A stretch of 64,000 bases of DNA from Candidatus Atabeyarchaeum deiterrae (GTDB lineage: Archaea > Asgardarchaeota > Atabeyarchaeia > Atabeyarchaeales > Atabeyarchaeaceae). Shown here in pieces: positions 50,581 through 59,893 of this stretch. How positions within the stretch are numbered: position 1 is the first letter of the stretch; the number at the start of each line of letters is the position of its first letter. The DNA lies in NCBI GenBank assembly GCA_037310415.1, contig CP147780.1:1408001-1472000 (forward strand), given 5' to 3'. The notes under the pieces were generated by a model. That model made no database searches. It was not told the origin of the DNA and was given only the letters and a program-made list of their open reading frames with translations. A program made the position numbers and the translations under genes.

Positions 50581-51813
50581 TTACCCACCGCTGAAACTTG
50601 TGGGCTTGCAACTTGGGGTTGTCTGGTGCGACCTTTCAAACCCTTCACCTTGCCAAACGCGCCTACTGACGGAGGCGCTCCCCTCAGGAAACTGGCCCGA
50701 AGTGATGTCGCTCTGCGTGTATGCTGTTAGGGCCGCCCTGAGGGCGATGTTGAGGCTCGCAGCGCGATCGCGGTTCGCCTCATAGCCGCATGCCGTACAC
50801 CTGAAGTAGGAGTAGCCCACCCAGTTCGCCTTGCCCGTGTATCCACAATAGGGGCACATCTGAGACGTGTACCTGGGATCAACCTCAACCAGCCGCACTC
50901 GCTGCTTCTCAGCTACATGCCTCAGCGCATACCTCAGAAAGCCGTATGGGATGCGGTTCACCTTCTTTCTGCTCCTTGCAGTCCACTCACCCTGCGTCTT
51001 CCTGAGGTGTCTGAGGTGTTCAATAGCGATGTTGGCTCGGAGCGCTTCTGCTTGTTGCACGATCTGGTTGGCGACGGCCCAGATGCTCGTCCGCACATAG
51101 TTCCTCTGCCTCCCGGCGAGGCGTTTCAGCTTCAGCCCAGCCTTGCCCCTCGACGAGGTGTCCCTGAACCGCTGGAGCGCTGCCCTCCTCCTCTCGAACA
51201 GAAACTGCTTCGTGGAGACCTCCTTCCCGAAGTAGCTCTGCTTCAAGACGCCGCCATCTGGGCTTACCGCGGAGGTGGCGATCCTCGAGCTGTTCACATC
51301 CACTCCGACCCAGTTGCTCCTCACAGGAGGCTCGGACATGATTCTTGAGAGGACGACGAGGAACTTCATGCCTCTCTTCATTATGATGCTCGTCAGCTTC
51401 CAGCCCTGCGAGAGATGTGCCTGGAGACGCTGGTAGGCGCCGTCGATGCTCAACGGGAGACCGATTCTCTGGGTGATAGCTCTCAGAGTCAAGACAGGGT
51501 TCCCTCTCCTGGTCGTCTTGAAGCTGAAGAGACGTGCGTCGAAGCGGACGACGCACCGCTCCACACCTTTGCCCGCGGTTTTCCTTATGCTCCACGCGTG
51601 GCTCGTTGCCTCAACAATGAGCTGGGATGCTATGTGGTTCTCGGCTCTGAGCCTCGCGTAGGTCTTGTTGTGGAGTTGTGCTCTGCTCTTGACGCCGTCA
51701 AGGCTGCAGAGCGCCTCCCTGATTATCCCAAGGTACGTGGTGTATGTCTTCCTAAGCATTCTTCCCTTTTTCCTTGTTGGTTCGAGGAGGTTCAGAGGCA
51801 GGCACTTTCTCAT
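50581..51813 (-). CDS. tnpB: TnpB RNA-guided endonuclease
   Basis: RuvC-I GVDVN, RuvC-II IAIEHL, Zn finger YTSQMCPYC..CTAC, RuvC-III NRDRAASLNI. Confidence 0.92.
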   Translation of the reverse strand: MRKCLPLNLLEPTRKKGRMLRKTYTTYLGIIREALCSLDGVKSRAQLHNKTYARLRAENHIASQLIVEATSHAWSIRKTAGKGVERCVVRFDARLFSFKTTRRGNPVLTLRAITQRIGLPLSIDGAYQRLQAHLSQGWKLTSIIMKRGMKFLVVLSRIMSEPPVRSNWVGVDVNSSRIATSAVSPDGGVLKQSYFGKEVSTKQFLFERRRAALQRFRDTSSRGKAGLKLKRLAGRQRNYVRTSIWAVANQIVQQAEALRANIAIEHLRHLRKTQGEWTARSRKKVNRIPYGFLRYALRHVAEKQRVRLVEVDPRYTSQMCPYCGYTGKANWVGYSYFRCTACGYEANRDRAASLNIALRAALTAYTQSDITSGQFPEGSASVSRRVWQGEGFERSHQTTPSCKPTSFSGG

Positions 51814-51841
51814 AGTATCCCCAAAGAATGTAGCGGGGCAC

Positions 51842-51852
51842 GATATTTAAGG
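51842..51852 (-). promoter_or_regulatory. Putative TATA box for tnpB inside the left end
   Basis: Minus strand CCTTAAATATC about 30 nt upstream of the tnpB ATG. Confidence 0.45.
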
Positions 51853-52011
51853 CTCCCAACTGGATTCCTGTCGCGATTCCTCTCCCTCCTAAAGGGATGC
51901 GGCTTCCTCGCAACGAACATCGTGAAAACGCTGTAATTTCAGAAACGTTTATTTGATGTAGCTCGAATTTGAGATTAGTGCGGTACGAATGGAAATGGGG
52001 TACGCACAATT

Positions 52012-54354
52012 ATGCATAGCAAAGCAACCAAGATCACACCACTACTTCTTATTCTACTTGTGTCGTTCAGTGCACTTGTTAACTCTTCGATCTCTTTGAC
52101 AAATGGCTCTGGGTCAAATATGACAGGAATTACTGCAAGCCATGGTCCCAGCTCGACAGCATGGATATCAAACGGCAGCAGCTACGCAATCTACAATGGG
52201 CACTGGTTCAATGAACGCTATAGATCATATCCGTACAGTAGCAACAGAACCGACATCATAATGACTGCACACATGAATGTCGACAACCATACCGTAGGAT
52301 ATTCAAATCTCACCATACAAGCATATGAATTCTTCACAAATACTATAGTTCCTGATGTCTCAGGATTCTGGCATCAAATTGACGTCGTATCCGGAGAAGT
52401 CAGCGACACCAACGGTCATCAGCCAGGTCTCAACGGTAACCAATCTTTCTTGTTCGTCCCCTTGGCAGGCACGTACAGCGTTAGTGACAAAGTCCTTATT
52501 TCTAGCCCATTCGGCAGCGCTTCCGTTAACTTCACGGTGATGAGCACAACAGAGACAGTCCTCGGCATATCAACAATAAAACTTGCATACTACTCAAGCC
52601 CAACGCCAGATCAGGAAACAAATGTCACCCTGTGGATTTCCCACGATTCCGGCCTTCTTATGCGAATAATAGGTCGCCAATGGCAGCAATTTGCCTACTG
52701 GAATGCTGGCATCTGGGTGACAGAGCGATATTCAATGGACATGAGCATGGAGATCGGTGAAACAAACATCGAATCGCTTGTATTCCCGACGCCACCAGCA
52801 AATGCAGTTCCATGGATAAGTGCAGGGAAATACATCCAATACAACCTTGAAGGATCAGGATCGATCAGCGCTGGTTTGACAGACAGAATTCATGGAATTT
52901 CTCTGATTCCAGGATTCACAACGTTCAGGTCTTTAGTTTCCGCTAACATAACAATGAAGATTGAAAGGGGAACAACCGCATACGTTGACCCGTGGTACAG
53001 TACAAGATACATCTGGGTTGTCCACCTAATGTTGAACAATACTCAAATCCTACTACCTGACTTCCGCGACACGATCGACCTCCTCAACGCAACCTTTGGA
53101 ATGCCCAAGGAGATTGGAGACCAAGCTCTAGCAATGCTGTCACCCTTCAACCACACTGGGCTCGTAGCTCAGGCATGGCTACTAGTCGACCAAGAAACTG
53201 GTATAATGCTAATGCCAGGTATGCACATCGGTGCACTTGAGATGTACAGCCCCGGTTCAGAGGCAATGCTGGGCGACTGGCTCGCACAAGGTTATGGGCT
53301 GCAAGTCCTTTCATGGTTTGCCCAAGGCATGCTACATGAAGGCTGGAGTATTGCCCCACCAGGCAATCCTATGACAGTGGATCTCACAGAAGGAGCCTAC
53401 TCTTTCTATTTGAGCCAAAGCAGACACATATCCCTTGACGCATCAATAGCATGCACCGGAACCGAATACTTGACGTTCCCTGGAGGCGGTGGCGGTGACT
53501 GCTGGCGACTCGACTCGAACCTAGACTTCAACATGATTGCGCACGCAACATTCAACAGGACCATGGTTACGGGTTTCAATCCAATGTACATAGCATTCAA
53601 TAGTACTACTACAATGGTAAGCCGCGGCTACATTGACATTGAGAGAACCTCCGGGTTCCCACTTGCATTCGGCCAACAGTTCACATTGACTTTCGACAGT
53701 GAAACAAATCTGTCACCAGACTGGTGGATTGGTACGCACGTTGGTATAGGTCTTCAGTTGAAGGCATATATTCCTCAGACGAACATATGGTTCAGCAACC
53801 CGCCAGTTCTTCTGAGCCTCGGGACAGACAACACATCCAGAACACCATCTGACTACTTCCACAAATACGGCTTCGATGTATGGGCCGACGGCGCCGGTAA
53901 TGTCAGTGTCACTAGCTCAGCGTCCCAGCCACCCGGCACGGATGCGCCACCAGCCAGCAAATTACCACTAGTATACCTTGGTGTCGAGGGAACCAAAATA
54001 CCCGGTTACAGCCAGGTCATGCTTCACGTATTCTACAACAGAACAAGGTGCACACAACTTGGCATAGACGAGGACAGCCTGAAACTCTATGTCTGGAACG
54101 GCACACTGAATAACTGGCAACCGCTCGCTAGCACACACATCGCGTTGAACAGTACACACGGAGTCATACTTGCAGTTCTACCTCACTTCAGTTACTTCGC
54201 AGTCTTTGGGGCGCAAGCCCAAGGTGCAGGACTACCAGGAATCTCTTCATTATACATAATCATAGCAGCTGTAGCAGTGATAGGGATCTTAGCAGCAGTG
54301 GTGTATGTAAGAAGGAAGAAAGGCGTCTCAAAAGCCGCCTTGAAAATCCAATAA
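52012..54354 (+). CDS. Secreted surface glycoprotein with PGF-pre-PGF-like domain and C-terminal TM anchor
   Basis: Signal peptide, many sequons, LKLYVWN..W..L...LPHFSYFAV, then LPG + TM + RRKK. Confidence 0.8.
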   Translation: MHSKATKITPLLLILLVSFSALVNSSISLTNGSGSNMTGITASHGPSSTAWISNGSSYAIYNGHWFNERYRSYPYSSNRTDIIMTAHMNVDNHTVGYSNLTIQAYEFFTNTIVPDVSGFWHQIDVVSGEVSDTNGHQPGLNGNQSFLFVPLAGTYSVSDKVLISSPFGSASVNFTVMSTTETVLGISTIKLAYYSSPTPDQETNVTLWISHDSGLLMRIIGRQWQQFAYWNAGIWVTERYSMDMSMEIGETNIESLVFPTPPANAVPWISAGKYIQYNLEGSGSISAGLTDRIHGISLIPGFTTFRSLVSANITMKIERGTTAYVDPWYSTRYIWVVHLMLNNTQILLPDFRDTIDLLNATFGMPKEIGDQALAMLSPFNHTGLVAQAWLLVDQETGIMLMPGMHIGALEMYSPGSEAMLGDWLAQGYGLQVLSWFAQGMLHEGWSIAPPGNPMTVDLTEGAYSFYLSQSRHISLDASIACTGTEYLTFPGGGGGDCWRLDSNLDFNMIAHATFNRTMVTGFNPMYIAFNSTTTMVSRGYIDIERTSGFPLAFGQQFTLTFDSETNLSPDWWIGTHVGIGLQLKAYIPQTNIWFSNPPVLLSLGTDNTSRTPSDYFHKYGFDVWADGAGNVSVTSSASQPPGTDAPPASKLPLVYLGVEGTKIPGYSQVMLHVFYNRTRCTQLGIDEDSLKLYVWNGTLNNWQPLASTHIALNSTHGVILAVLPHFSYFAVFGAQAQGAGLPGISSLYIIIAAVAVIGILAAVVYVRRKKGVSKAALKIQ

Positions 54355-54582
54355 AGGTGGAACAAAGAGTTCCATCTCCTCATTTTTCCTCCTGTAGTCC
54401 CAAATGAAAAGACATGAACTCATAACGTCTCTTCCTAGGCTTGGCAATCTGTGAACAATTACTGATGGTGCCCGATAATGTTGATCCTCAAGGACTCACC
54501 CACTGGTTCAATTGTTCCCTGATGCTACTTTTCCAGTCTTGTAAGACTTATTAGCAGAAGCCATCATTAACAAATAGGCACA

Positions 54583-55140
54583 ATGGAACATGCCGATTGG
54601 CGCAAGAGTGGCACTGTTCAGAAGATCTCTGATGGACAGGGAGCGCCAAGAAGATGTTCTCAAAAAAGAAGAAGTAGCTGGGATGTGACTTCTTTGGCAA
54701 TCACTATGGAAGGGCTACTCAAGGTGAGCATTGAGCCGACCGACTACATGAAGATGTTGGAAAACTCACTCAAATATGCAACTTGGAAATCAAACATGGA
54801 GCACTTCTCACCCAACAACAAGACTGTGGTCCGGTTCAAGATGATCAATAAGCAGTTCACCATAATTTGTTTCTCAGCACACTGGTGTAAAGACTGCGTT
54901 CACCACATCCCAGCATTAATGGCAACACTAGGCAAGGCTGCGAATGGTCGTCTGAGACTTGCCTTCATTGGTTATGACGAGAACAAGGAAACAGCTGAGA
55001 AAGCTGGAGTCAAAGCAATCCCCACAATTATTGTGTTCGATGATAAGGGAATGGAAATAGGGAGAATCACAGAACACCCCTCGAAAGGATTCAAGACAAT
55101 CGAAGACGAGGTCTTGGCTGTAATAGCACCGCACGAATGA
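54583..55140 (+). CDS. Thioredoxin-family protein
   Basis: WCKDC active site and cis-Pro IPT; true start probably downstream (about 54706). Confidence 0.85.
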   Translation: MEHADWRKSGTVQKISDGQGAPRRCSQKRRSSWDVTSLAITMEGLLKVSIEPTDYMKMLENSLKYATWKSNMEHFSPNNKTVVRFKMINKQFTIICFSAHWCKDCVHHIPALMATLGKAANGRLRLAFIGYDENKETAEKAGVKAIPTIIVFDDKGMEIGRITEHPSKGFKTIEDEVLAVIAPHE

Positions 55141-55163
55141 GTAGCATCCGCGCGTCATGACAG

Positions 55164-56591
55164 ATGCTACATTCAGAGGGCAAAACCGTGTCAGATGCGT
55201 TGCAAGCTTCAATTGAAGAATGCAGAGGCTTTCTGGATGCGCTGCTGAAGGAAGGCGCCTACTACGCAGATGTGAAGCTATACGCAGAGCATGGTTCCCA
55301 GGTAGCTATGCGAGCGACTTCCTCCGACGTGCAAATCTTCAGCAAATCAGTTGGCGTGGCTAGAGTGATATATGGAAAAGCTTGGGGAATTCACGTAGTG
55401 GAAGACCCGTCGAAGACTTCAATAAAGGACGCATGTAAATATGCTCTAAAACTCGCAAGAGTCGCTGACTCTGCTTCAATCCTAGATACCCCAATAAAAC
55501 TTGCAGATGTTAAACAAGTCGAACGCAACGTTGCGCATGAGTTCAAAGTGAATCCATTGATAGTAGAGGTTGACGAGAAGATCGACTTAACAAAAGACCT
55601 GACGCAGAGAGCTAAAGATGTACTGAAAGATTCGTACGGGTGGTCTGAAGTGGTATATGGAGATGTTGAGAGCGACTTCTCACTAGTCAACAGTGATGGA
55701 TCACAGATCCGCGAAGTGACGCCGTCAGTTGACTTACTGGTGTACGTTGCAGCCAGATCTGGGGCGGTCTTTGAAAGCGCGAGCAAATACGTCGGCTACA
55801 CAAAAGGATACGAAGCTATAGAAGAGATCGATAGGAGCAGACTGGTGAAAGAGATTGCTGATCGTGCGTTAAGACTTGCTTCTGGAAAAATCCTACCAAA
55901 CACAATCCGCGGTCAGAAACCCGAAGTTGTGATGGACTCCGACTGTACAGGAGCATTCATTCACGAAGTTGTGGGCCACCCAGCCGAAGCTGACTTCCTC
56001 CTAGAAGCTGGTTCAGTATTTGAGAACAAGTTGGCGAAACAAGTTGCTGTTAAGGAACTAACTGTCTGCGACGATGCCACGCTGCCAGGTGCCTATGGCG
56101 CGTACGCGTTTGATGACGAAGCTGTCGAAGCCAGGAAAATCTGTTTAGTCGAAAACGGAGTGCTGAAGTCCCTGCTGCACACTCGAGAGACTGCCCTAGA
56201 GCTGAATGCAGAACCTACTGGAAGCGCCCATGGACTCACTCACGTACCCCGCTGCCTCATGAGCAACATCTACTTGGAGCCACGCGACTGGAAGTCCGAG
56301 GAGCTGATCAAAGAAACAAAGAATGGCATATTCATACAAGGAGTTGTCAGGGCACAGAGCACACCAGCCGAAGGATTATTCATGATTCAACCTGAATCAG
56401 CGACGATTATCCACAACGGGGAACTACGAGAAACATTCAGAGGCGTAACAATAACAGGCAAAATCGAGGAGACTCTCACAGCCATAGACGGGATCGGAAA
56501 CAAACCCGCTATGCGGGCGACAGTTGAAAAGGAGTTCAACATATCCGACGGGGGTCCACCAATAAGAGTATCATCCCTAAGAGTACATTAA
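55164..56591 (+). CDS. tldD: TldD/PmbA family metalloprotease (TldD-like)
   Basis: FIHEVVGHPAEAD, FDDE, MSNIYL and GGP motifs. Confidence 0.85.
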   Translation: MLHSEGKTVSDALQASIEECRGFLDALLKEGAYYADVKLYAEHGSQVAMRATSSDVQIFSKSVGVARVIYGKAWGIHVVEDPSKTSIKDACKYALKLARVADSASILDTPIKLADVKQVERNVAHEFKVNPLIVEVDEKIDLTKDLTQRAKDVLKDSYGWSEVVYGDVESDFSLVNSDGSQIREVTPSVDLLVYVAARSGAVFESASKYVGYTKGYEAIEEIDRSRLVKEIADRALRLASGKILPNTIRGQKPEVVMDSDCTGAFIHEVVGHPAEADFLLEAGSVFENKLAKQVAVKELTVCDDATLPGAYGAYAFDDEAVEARKICLVENGVLKSLLHTRETALELNAEPTGSAHGLTHVPRCLMSNIYLEPRDWKSEELIKETKNGIFIQGVVRAQSTPAEGLFMIQPESATIIHNGELRETFRGVTITGKIEETLTAIDGIGNKPAMRATVEKEFNISDGGPPIRVSSLRVH

Positions 56592-56682
56592 CCCTAATCA
56601 TGAGTCTATTCTCAACAACGACGATTACGTAAGAGAATCCTGCTCTAGCCTGAGACATGGCACTTCGACTTTTGGATACTCT

Positions 56683-57435
56683 CTACTCGACCAAGAACTT
56701 GCCTTCTTGGATAGCGTAATTGAATTCCCTGGTGGAGAATTTTCTTCCAACCATCTTTTTGATCTGGAGCACTGAACGCCAGTCCCTGTAGTACCGCTCT
56801 TTTCTCAACTCGATTACACCGTCGACTATGTGTTCGAGGCCGGCAACAAATTGGCGAGAATGTGCCTTCTTATGGAGTGTAAGAAGAACAATCCCCCCGA
56901 ACTTCTTCTGCGCAATAACTTGGCTGCGAACAAATGCAAACGCACCCTTCTCATCGGCAGAACTGAGAATGATCGTCGAGAAGCTATCAACTACTCCCCG
57001 AAACTTGTTAGGCGATTCTATCCGCTCTGCGTAGTCCTTGACGCTGCTCCCTATCTCCTTCAAATCGGAAATATCAAGGATCGCGGACAACGATTTTTCC
57101 GATCCAGGCTCATCCACCCCAAACGCATTCATGAAGGTTAGCTTCCCACCATTCTCAAATCCGGTAACATCAATTCCCTGGGAAGACAGCAAGGTTCTGA
57201 TGGTTGACGAAGGAAAATCAGTGTTAAGGAAGAACACATTTTCACTACCCAACAACCCACCTGCAACGAATTGAGAAACCATCACGTCTGAACTCAACCC
57301 GGTATCCTCTTCCAGTATTAGGACATAACCCCGAGGGACACCACCCTCCATCGCTTCATCAAGAACAGCCAAACCAAACTCTGCGCTCAATTTGGGAAGC
57401 CTCCTTGCCACCCTATACTTCACATAATCACTCAT
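56683..57435 (-). CDS. KaiC/RAD55-like P-loop fold protein with degenerate Walker A
   Basis: LDEAMEGGVPRG, VVDSFS, EHIVDGVIEL and LQIKKMVG motifs; Walker A position reads EEDTGLSS. Confidence 0.8.
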   Translation of the reverse strand: MSDYVKYRVARRLPKLSAEFGLAVLDEAMEGGVPRGYVLILEEDTGLSSDVMVSQFVAGGLLGSENVFFLNTDFPSSTIRTLLSSQGIDVTGFENGGKLTFMNAFGVDEPGSEKSLSAILDISDLKEIGSSVKDYAERIESPNKFRGVVDSFSTIILSSADEKGAFAFVRSQVIAQKKFGGIVLLTLHKKAHSRQFVAGLEHIVDGVIELRKERYYRDWRSVLQIKKMVGRKFSTREFNYAIQEGKFLVE

Positions 57436-57685
57436 GAGATTCTACTGAATCAAATATAGACTGCGAACACTACTTCCCCGACTTGGCGACTTTCCCCTAG
57501 GAACCGAAAGGGATTCACCAGCGTACTACGTAATATGGGTTGTCCAGTTATTTATTCCCTATGTTCTCAAGCCTATTCAATTTATCGACCAAAACACACT
57601 TAATCCAAGTCCAACTTAGAGAAAGAAGCAAGCACATGGAACATCCACGCAGGCTAGACTGACTGTCTCGGAAGAGTGAATCACT

Positions 57686-58072
57686 TTGAACTGCGATCGT
57701 TGTGGCAAATGCTGCGTGAAAACCTCAATGCAGCTGTCAGTTCAAGACATCAAGCGGCTTGAGAGACTCGGCTACAATAGAAAAGAGTTCACTATTATGA
57801 AAAAGGGATTCCGTTCCCTCAGAAATCTGAACGACGTTTGCTTTTTCTTCGACCCGGAATCCAAACACTGCAAGGTATACGCCAATAGACCTGAAGGGTG
57901 CAGATTTTACCCAATAGTTTACTCCCTCAGTGACAAGAAACCTATCATTGACAACGAGGTCTGCCGCAATACTTCTACGATCACGATAAGTGAGTTGGAA
58001 AGAGCAAGTCCAGATCTAACCAGACTGATAAAAAGGATCATTGAGGAATCTCGAAGAAGGGACGAGAAGTAG
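57686..58072 (+). CDS. YkgJ/CxxCxxCC cysteine-cluster protein
   Basis: CDRCGKCC, CFFFD, CKVY.NRPEGCRFYP motifs. Confidence 0.88.
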   Translation: MNCDRCGKCCVKTSMQLSVQDIKRLERLGYNRKEFTIMKKGFRSLRNLNDVCFFFDPESKHCKVYANRPEGCRFYPIVYSLSDKKPIIDNEVCRNTSTITISELERASPDLTRLIKRIIEESRRRDEK

Positions 58073-58100
58073 GAGATTGTCTGTCGTCGGGGTGAGTATC

Positions 58101-58562
58101 TTGTCACTTGAAACTAAAGCTGCCAAACATCTATTGGAAGGATACAATTGCGCTGAATCAGTCTTGCTCACGTTTCTCGAAGATTGGAGCCAATACTTCA
58201 GAATCGGCGTGACGCCTGCTGCCGCCACAGCATTCGGAGGCGGAATGGGCAGAATGGGACACACGTGTGGTGCTCTATCTGGCGCCCTTATGGTAATCGG
58301 ACTTGCCGTATCAAGAACAGAAGCAAAAGACGATGAAGGAAAAAAAGAAGCATATAAACTTGCTCAGGAACTCTTCAAGCGCTTTGAGCATAGATGGGGC
58401 GCGCTGGACTGCAGAGAGCTAACTCAATGCGACCTATCCACCGAGGAAGGATTCAGTAGATACAAAGAGCTGAAGATCCACGAAACGAAATGCAGTGAGA
58501 TAGTGAGAGGAACCACGAAAATCTTGACTAGCATTATCAAGCAGACCAAGAAGGATCCCTGA
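58101..58562 (+). CDS. C-GCAxxG-C-C family putative redox protein
   Basis: YNCAESV, FGGGMG..G.TCGALSG, CREL and C motifs; GGGGTGA SD before TTG 58101. Confidence 0.88.
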   Translation: MSLETKAAKHLLEGYNCAESVLLTFLEDWSQYFRIGVTPAAATAFGGGMGRMGHTCGALSGALMVIGLAVSRTEAKDDEGKKEAYKLAQELFKRFEHRWGALDCRELTQCDLSTEEGFSRYKELKIHETKCSEIVRGTTKILTSIIKQTKKDP

Positions 58563-58603
58563 CATGACTTCTTTTGAGCCCTCAGTTGACACGGTCACGG
58601 TTC

Positions 58604-59893
58604 TTAATGTATTGTCATTTTCCAACCCTCGGGAATGCGACGACCAAACGTGATTTCCTCTGCACCAAGGAAAGTTCCCAAGTCTCGAATCGCACCAGCT
58701 ACAGCTTCGCCTGTCTCCGCTGTCATTGGTGCATCTCGTTCCGCATAAATGGCATTGACTGACAACCGCTTTCGTTCCCGATCCATTCTAGGATCGATAC
58801 GACCGATCAACTGATCACCATGCACAATCGGCATGACATAGCAACCATATCTTCGTTTGGCCTTTGGCAGATAGATTTCCAAGCTGAACTCGAAGTTGAA
58901 AACACGTTCCGTTCTCCTTCGCTCATAAATTAAATTGTCGAAAGGAGAGAGTAACGTAGTTCTTGGTCCCCAATTGCCAGAGGACAACTTGTCAACTAGG
59001 GGCAAATCATTCTTGTGCACATACCATTCGCCGAGCCAGATCCTGCCAGAGTCAGAGTCACGGATCTGAACTCGCTCAATAAGACCCTCCAACTCGAGTT
59101 CAAGCAGTATCTTGGGCAAGCCAGGGTAACAATGCCGAATGTAGTATCCTTCGATATCCTTAGCTGTAGCCACACCGAGCGCACGCAAGGATCTCTGCGC
59201 CGCGCGATACACCATATCATGCCAGGATAGGCGATCGCGTGGTGTCGACTCTGGCAGCCATCGTTCCGCCAGATCCCACATTTTCCTTCTGCCTGAACGT
59301 CCTGCAACTACGACCTTACCTTGAGCAGAAAGAAAAGTAAGCATCATGTCGACATTTCTACCAGATGTCCACCCAGAAGAGCGCCAAGGCTTGACAGACA
59401 CGTCATCAAAATCCTCCAAAGCCAAAGGACCTCTGCGGCGCAACTCTCCGAGAACATGCCTATGCAACGCATTGTTTGCCTTTATCCACCCACGTACACG
59501 ACGAGCCCAAGCCGAATCACCTTTCCCATAGTTCCGCTTCATTGTGCTGAAAACCGGGTAGTCTTCAGTGAGAACGATCGAGGTAGCGTGTGCCCAGTCT
59601 TCGAAAAGTGCATGCTCCTTCCAGAGAAGGCTGTCCAGGAGAGAAATGTCATAGTTGCCTACACGACTCCATAATACAAGAAGGTGGCTAGGTGCAACGA
59701 CGCTCATTGGATCAATCTGCAAACATCCGATGTTCTTAATAACGTCAATAATGCCGTTCGCATCAGCTGATGGACGAGGATCAGCCAATCTCTGGCAGGT
59801 GATTGCTAGACGCCGAGCCAATGATGGTGTGAGTTCATATGCCGAAGCCATGCGAAACATTGAACTCTCAATGCATATAAAGTTCGTATCCAT
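58604..59893 (-). CDS. YcaQ/AlkZ (HTH_42) interstrand-crosslink DNA glycosylase
   Basis: LQIDP (QxD), LWSR, LLSPFDNL, EIYLP..KR.YG.Y motifs; likely start 59851. Confidence 0.88.
   Translation of the reverse strand: MDTNFICIESSMFRMASAYELTPSLARRLAITCQRLADPRPSADANGIIDVIKNIGCLQIDPMSVVAPSHLLVLWSRVGNYDISLLDSLLWKEHALFEDWAHATSIVLTEDYPVFSTMKRNYGKGDSAWARRVRGWIKANNALHRHVLGELRRRGPLALEDFDDVSVKPWRSSGWTSGRNVDMMLTFLSAQGKVVVAGRSGRRKMWDLAERWLPESTPRDRLSWHDMVYRAAQRSLRALGVATAKDIEGYYIRHCYPGLPKILLELELEGLIERVQIRDSDSGRIWLGEWYVHKNDLPLVDKLSSGNWGPRTTLLSPFDNLIYERRRTERVFNFEFSLEIYLPKAKRRYGCYVMPIVHGDQLIGRIDPRMDRERKRLSVNAIYAERDAPMTAETGEAVAGAIRDLGTFLGAEEITFGRRIPEGWKMTIH

Larger units (their letters stand above)
50576..51921 (-). 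mobile_element. TnpB-only IS200/IS605-family (IS1341-type) element
   Basis: Visibly GC-richer than flanks. Left end: TCAC|15 nt|GAAG+hairpin. Right end: CAAG+CCCAC/GTGGG hairpin...TGAC. No tnpA. Confidence 0.85.

Noticed and set aside
50867-51936. Long alternative-frame ORFs within tnpB
   Set aside because: Explained by the element's higher GC; no tnpA (HUH/Y1 or serine recombinase) motifs.
57470-57525. GC-rich stretch with a CC-GAAA-GG tetraloop as an ncRNA or riboswitch
   Set aside because: No extended stem or known family consensus recognisable; would need an Infernal search.
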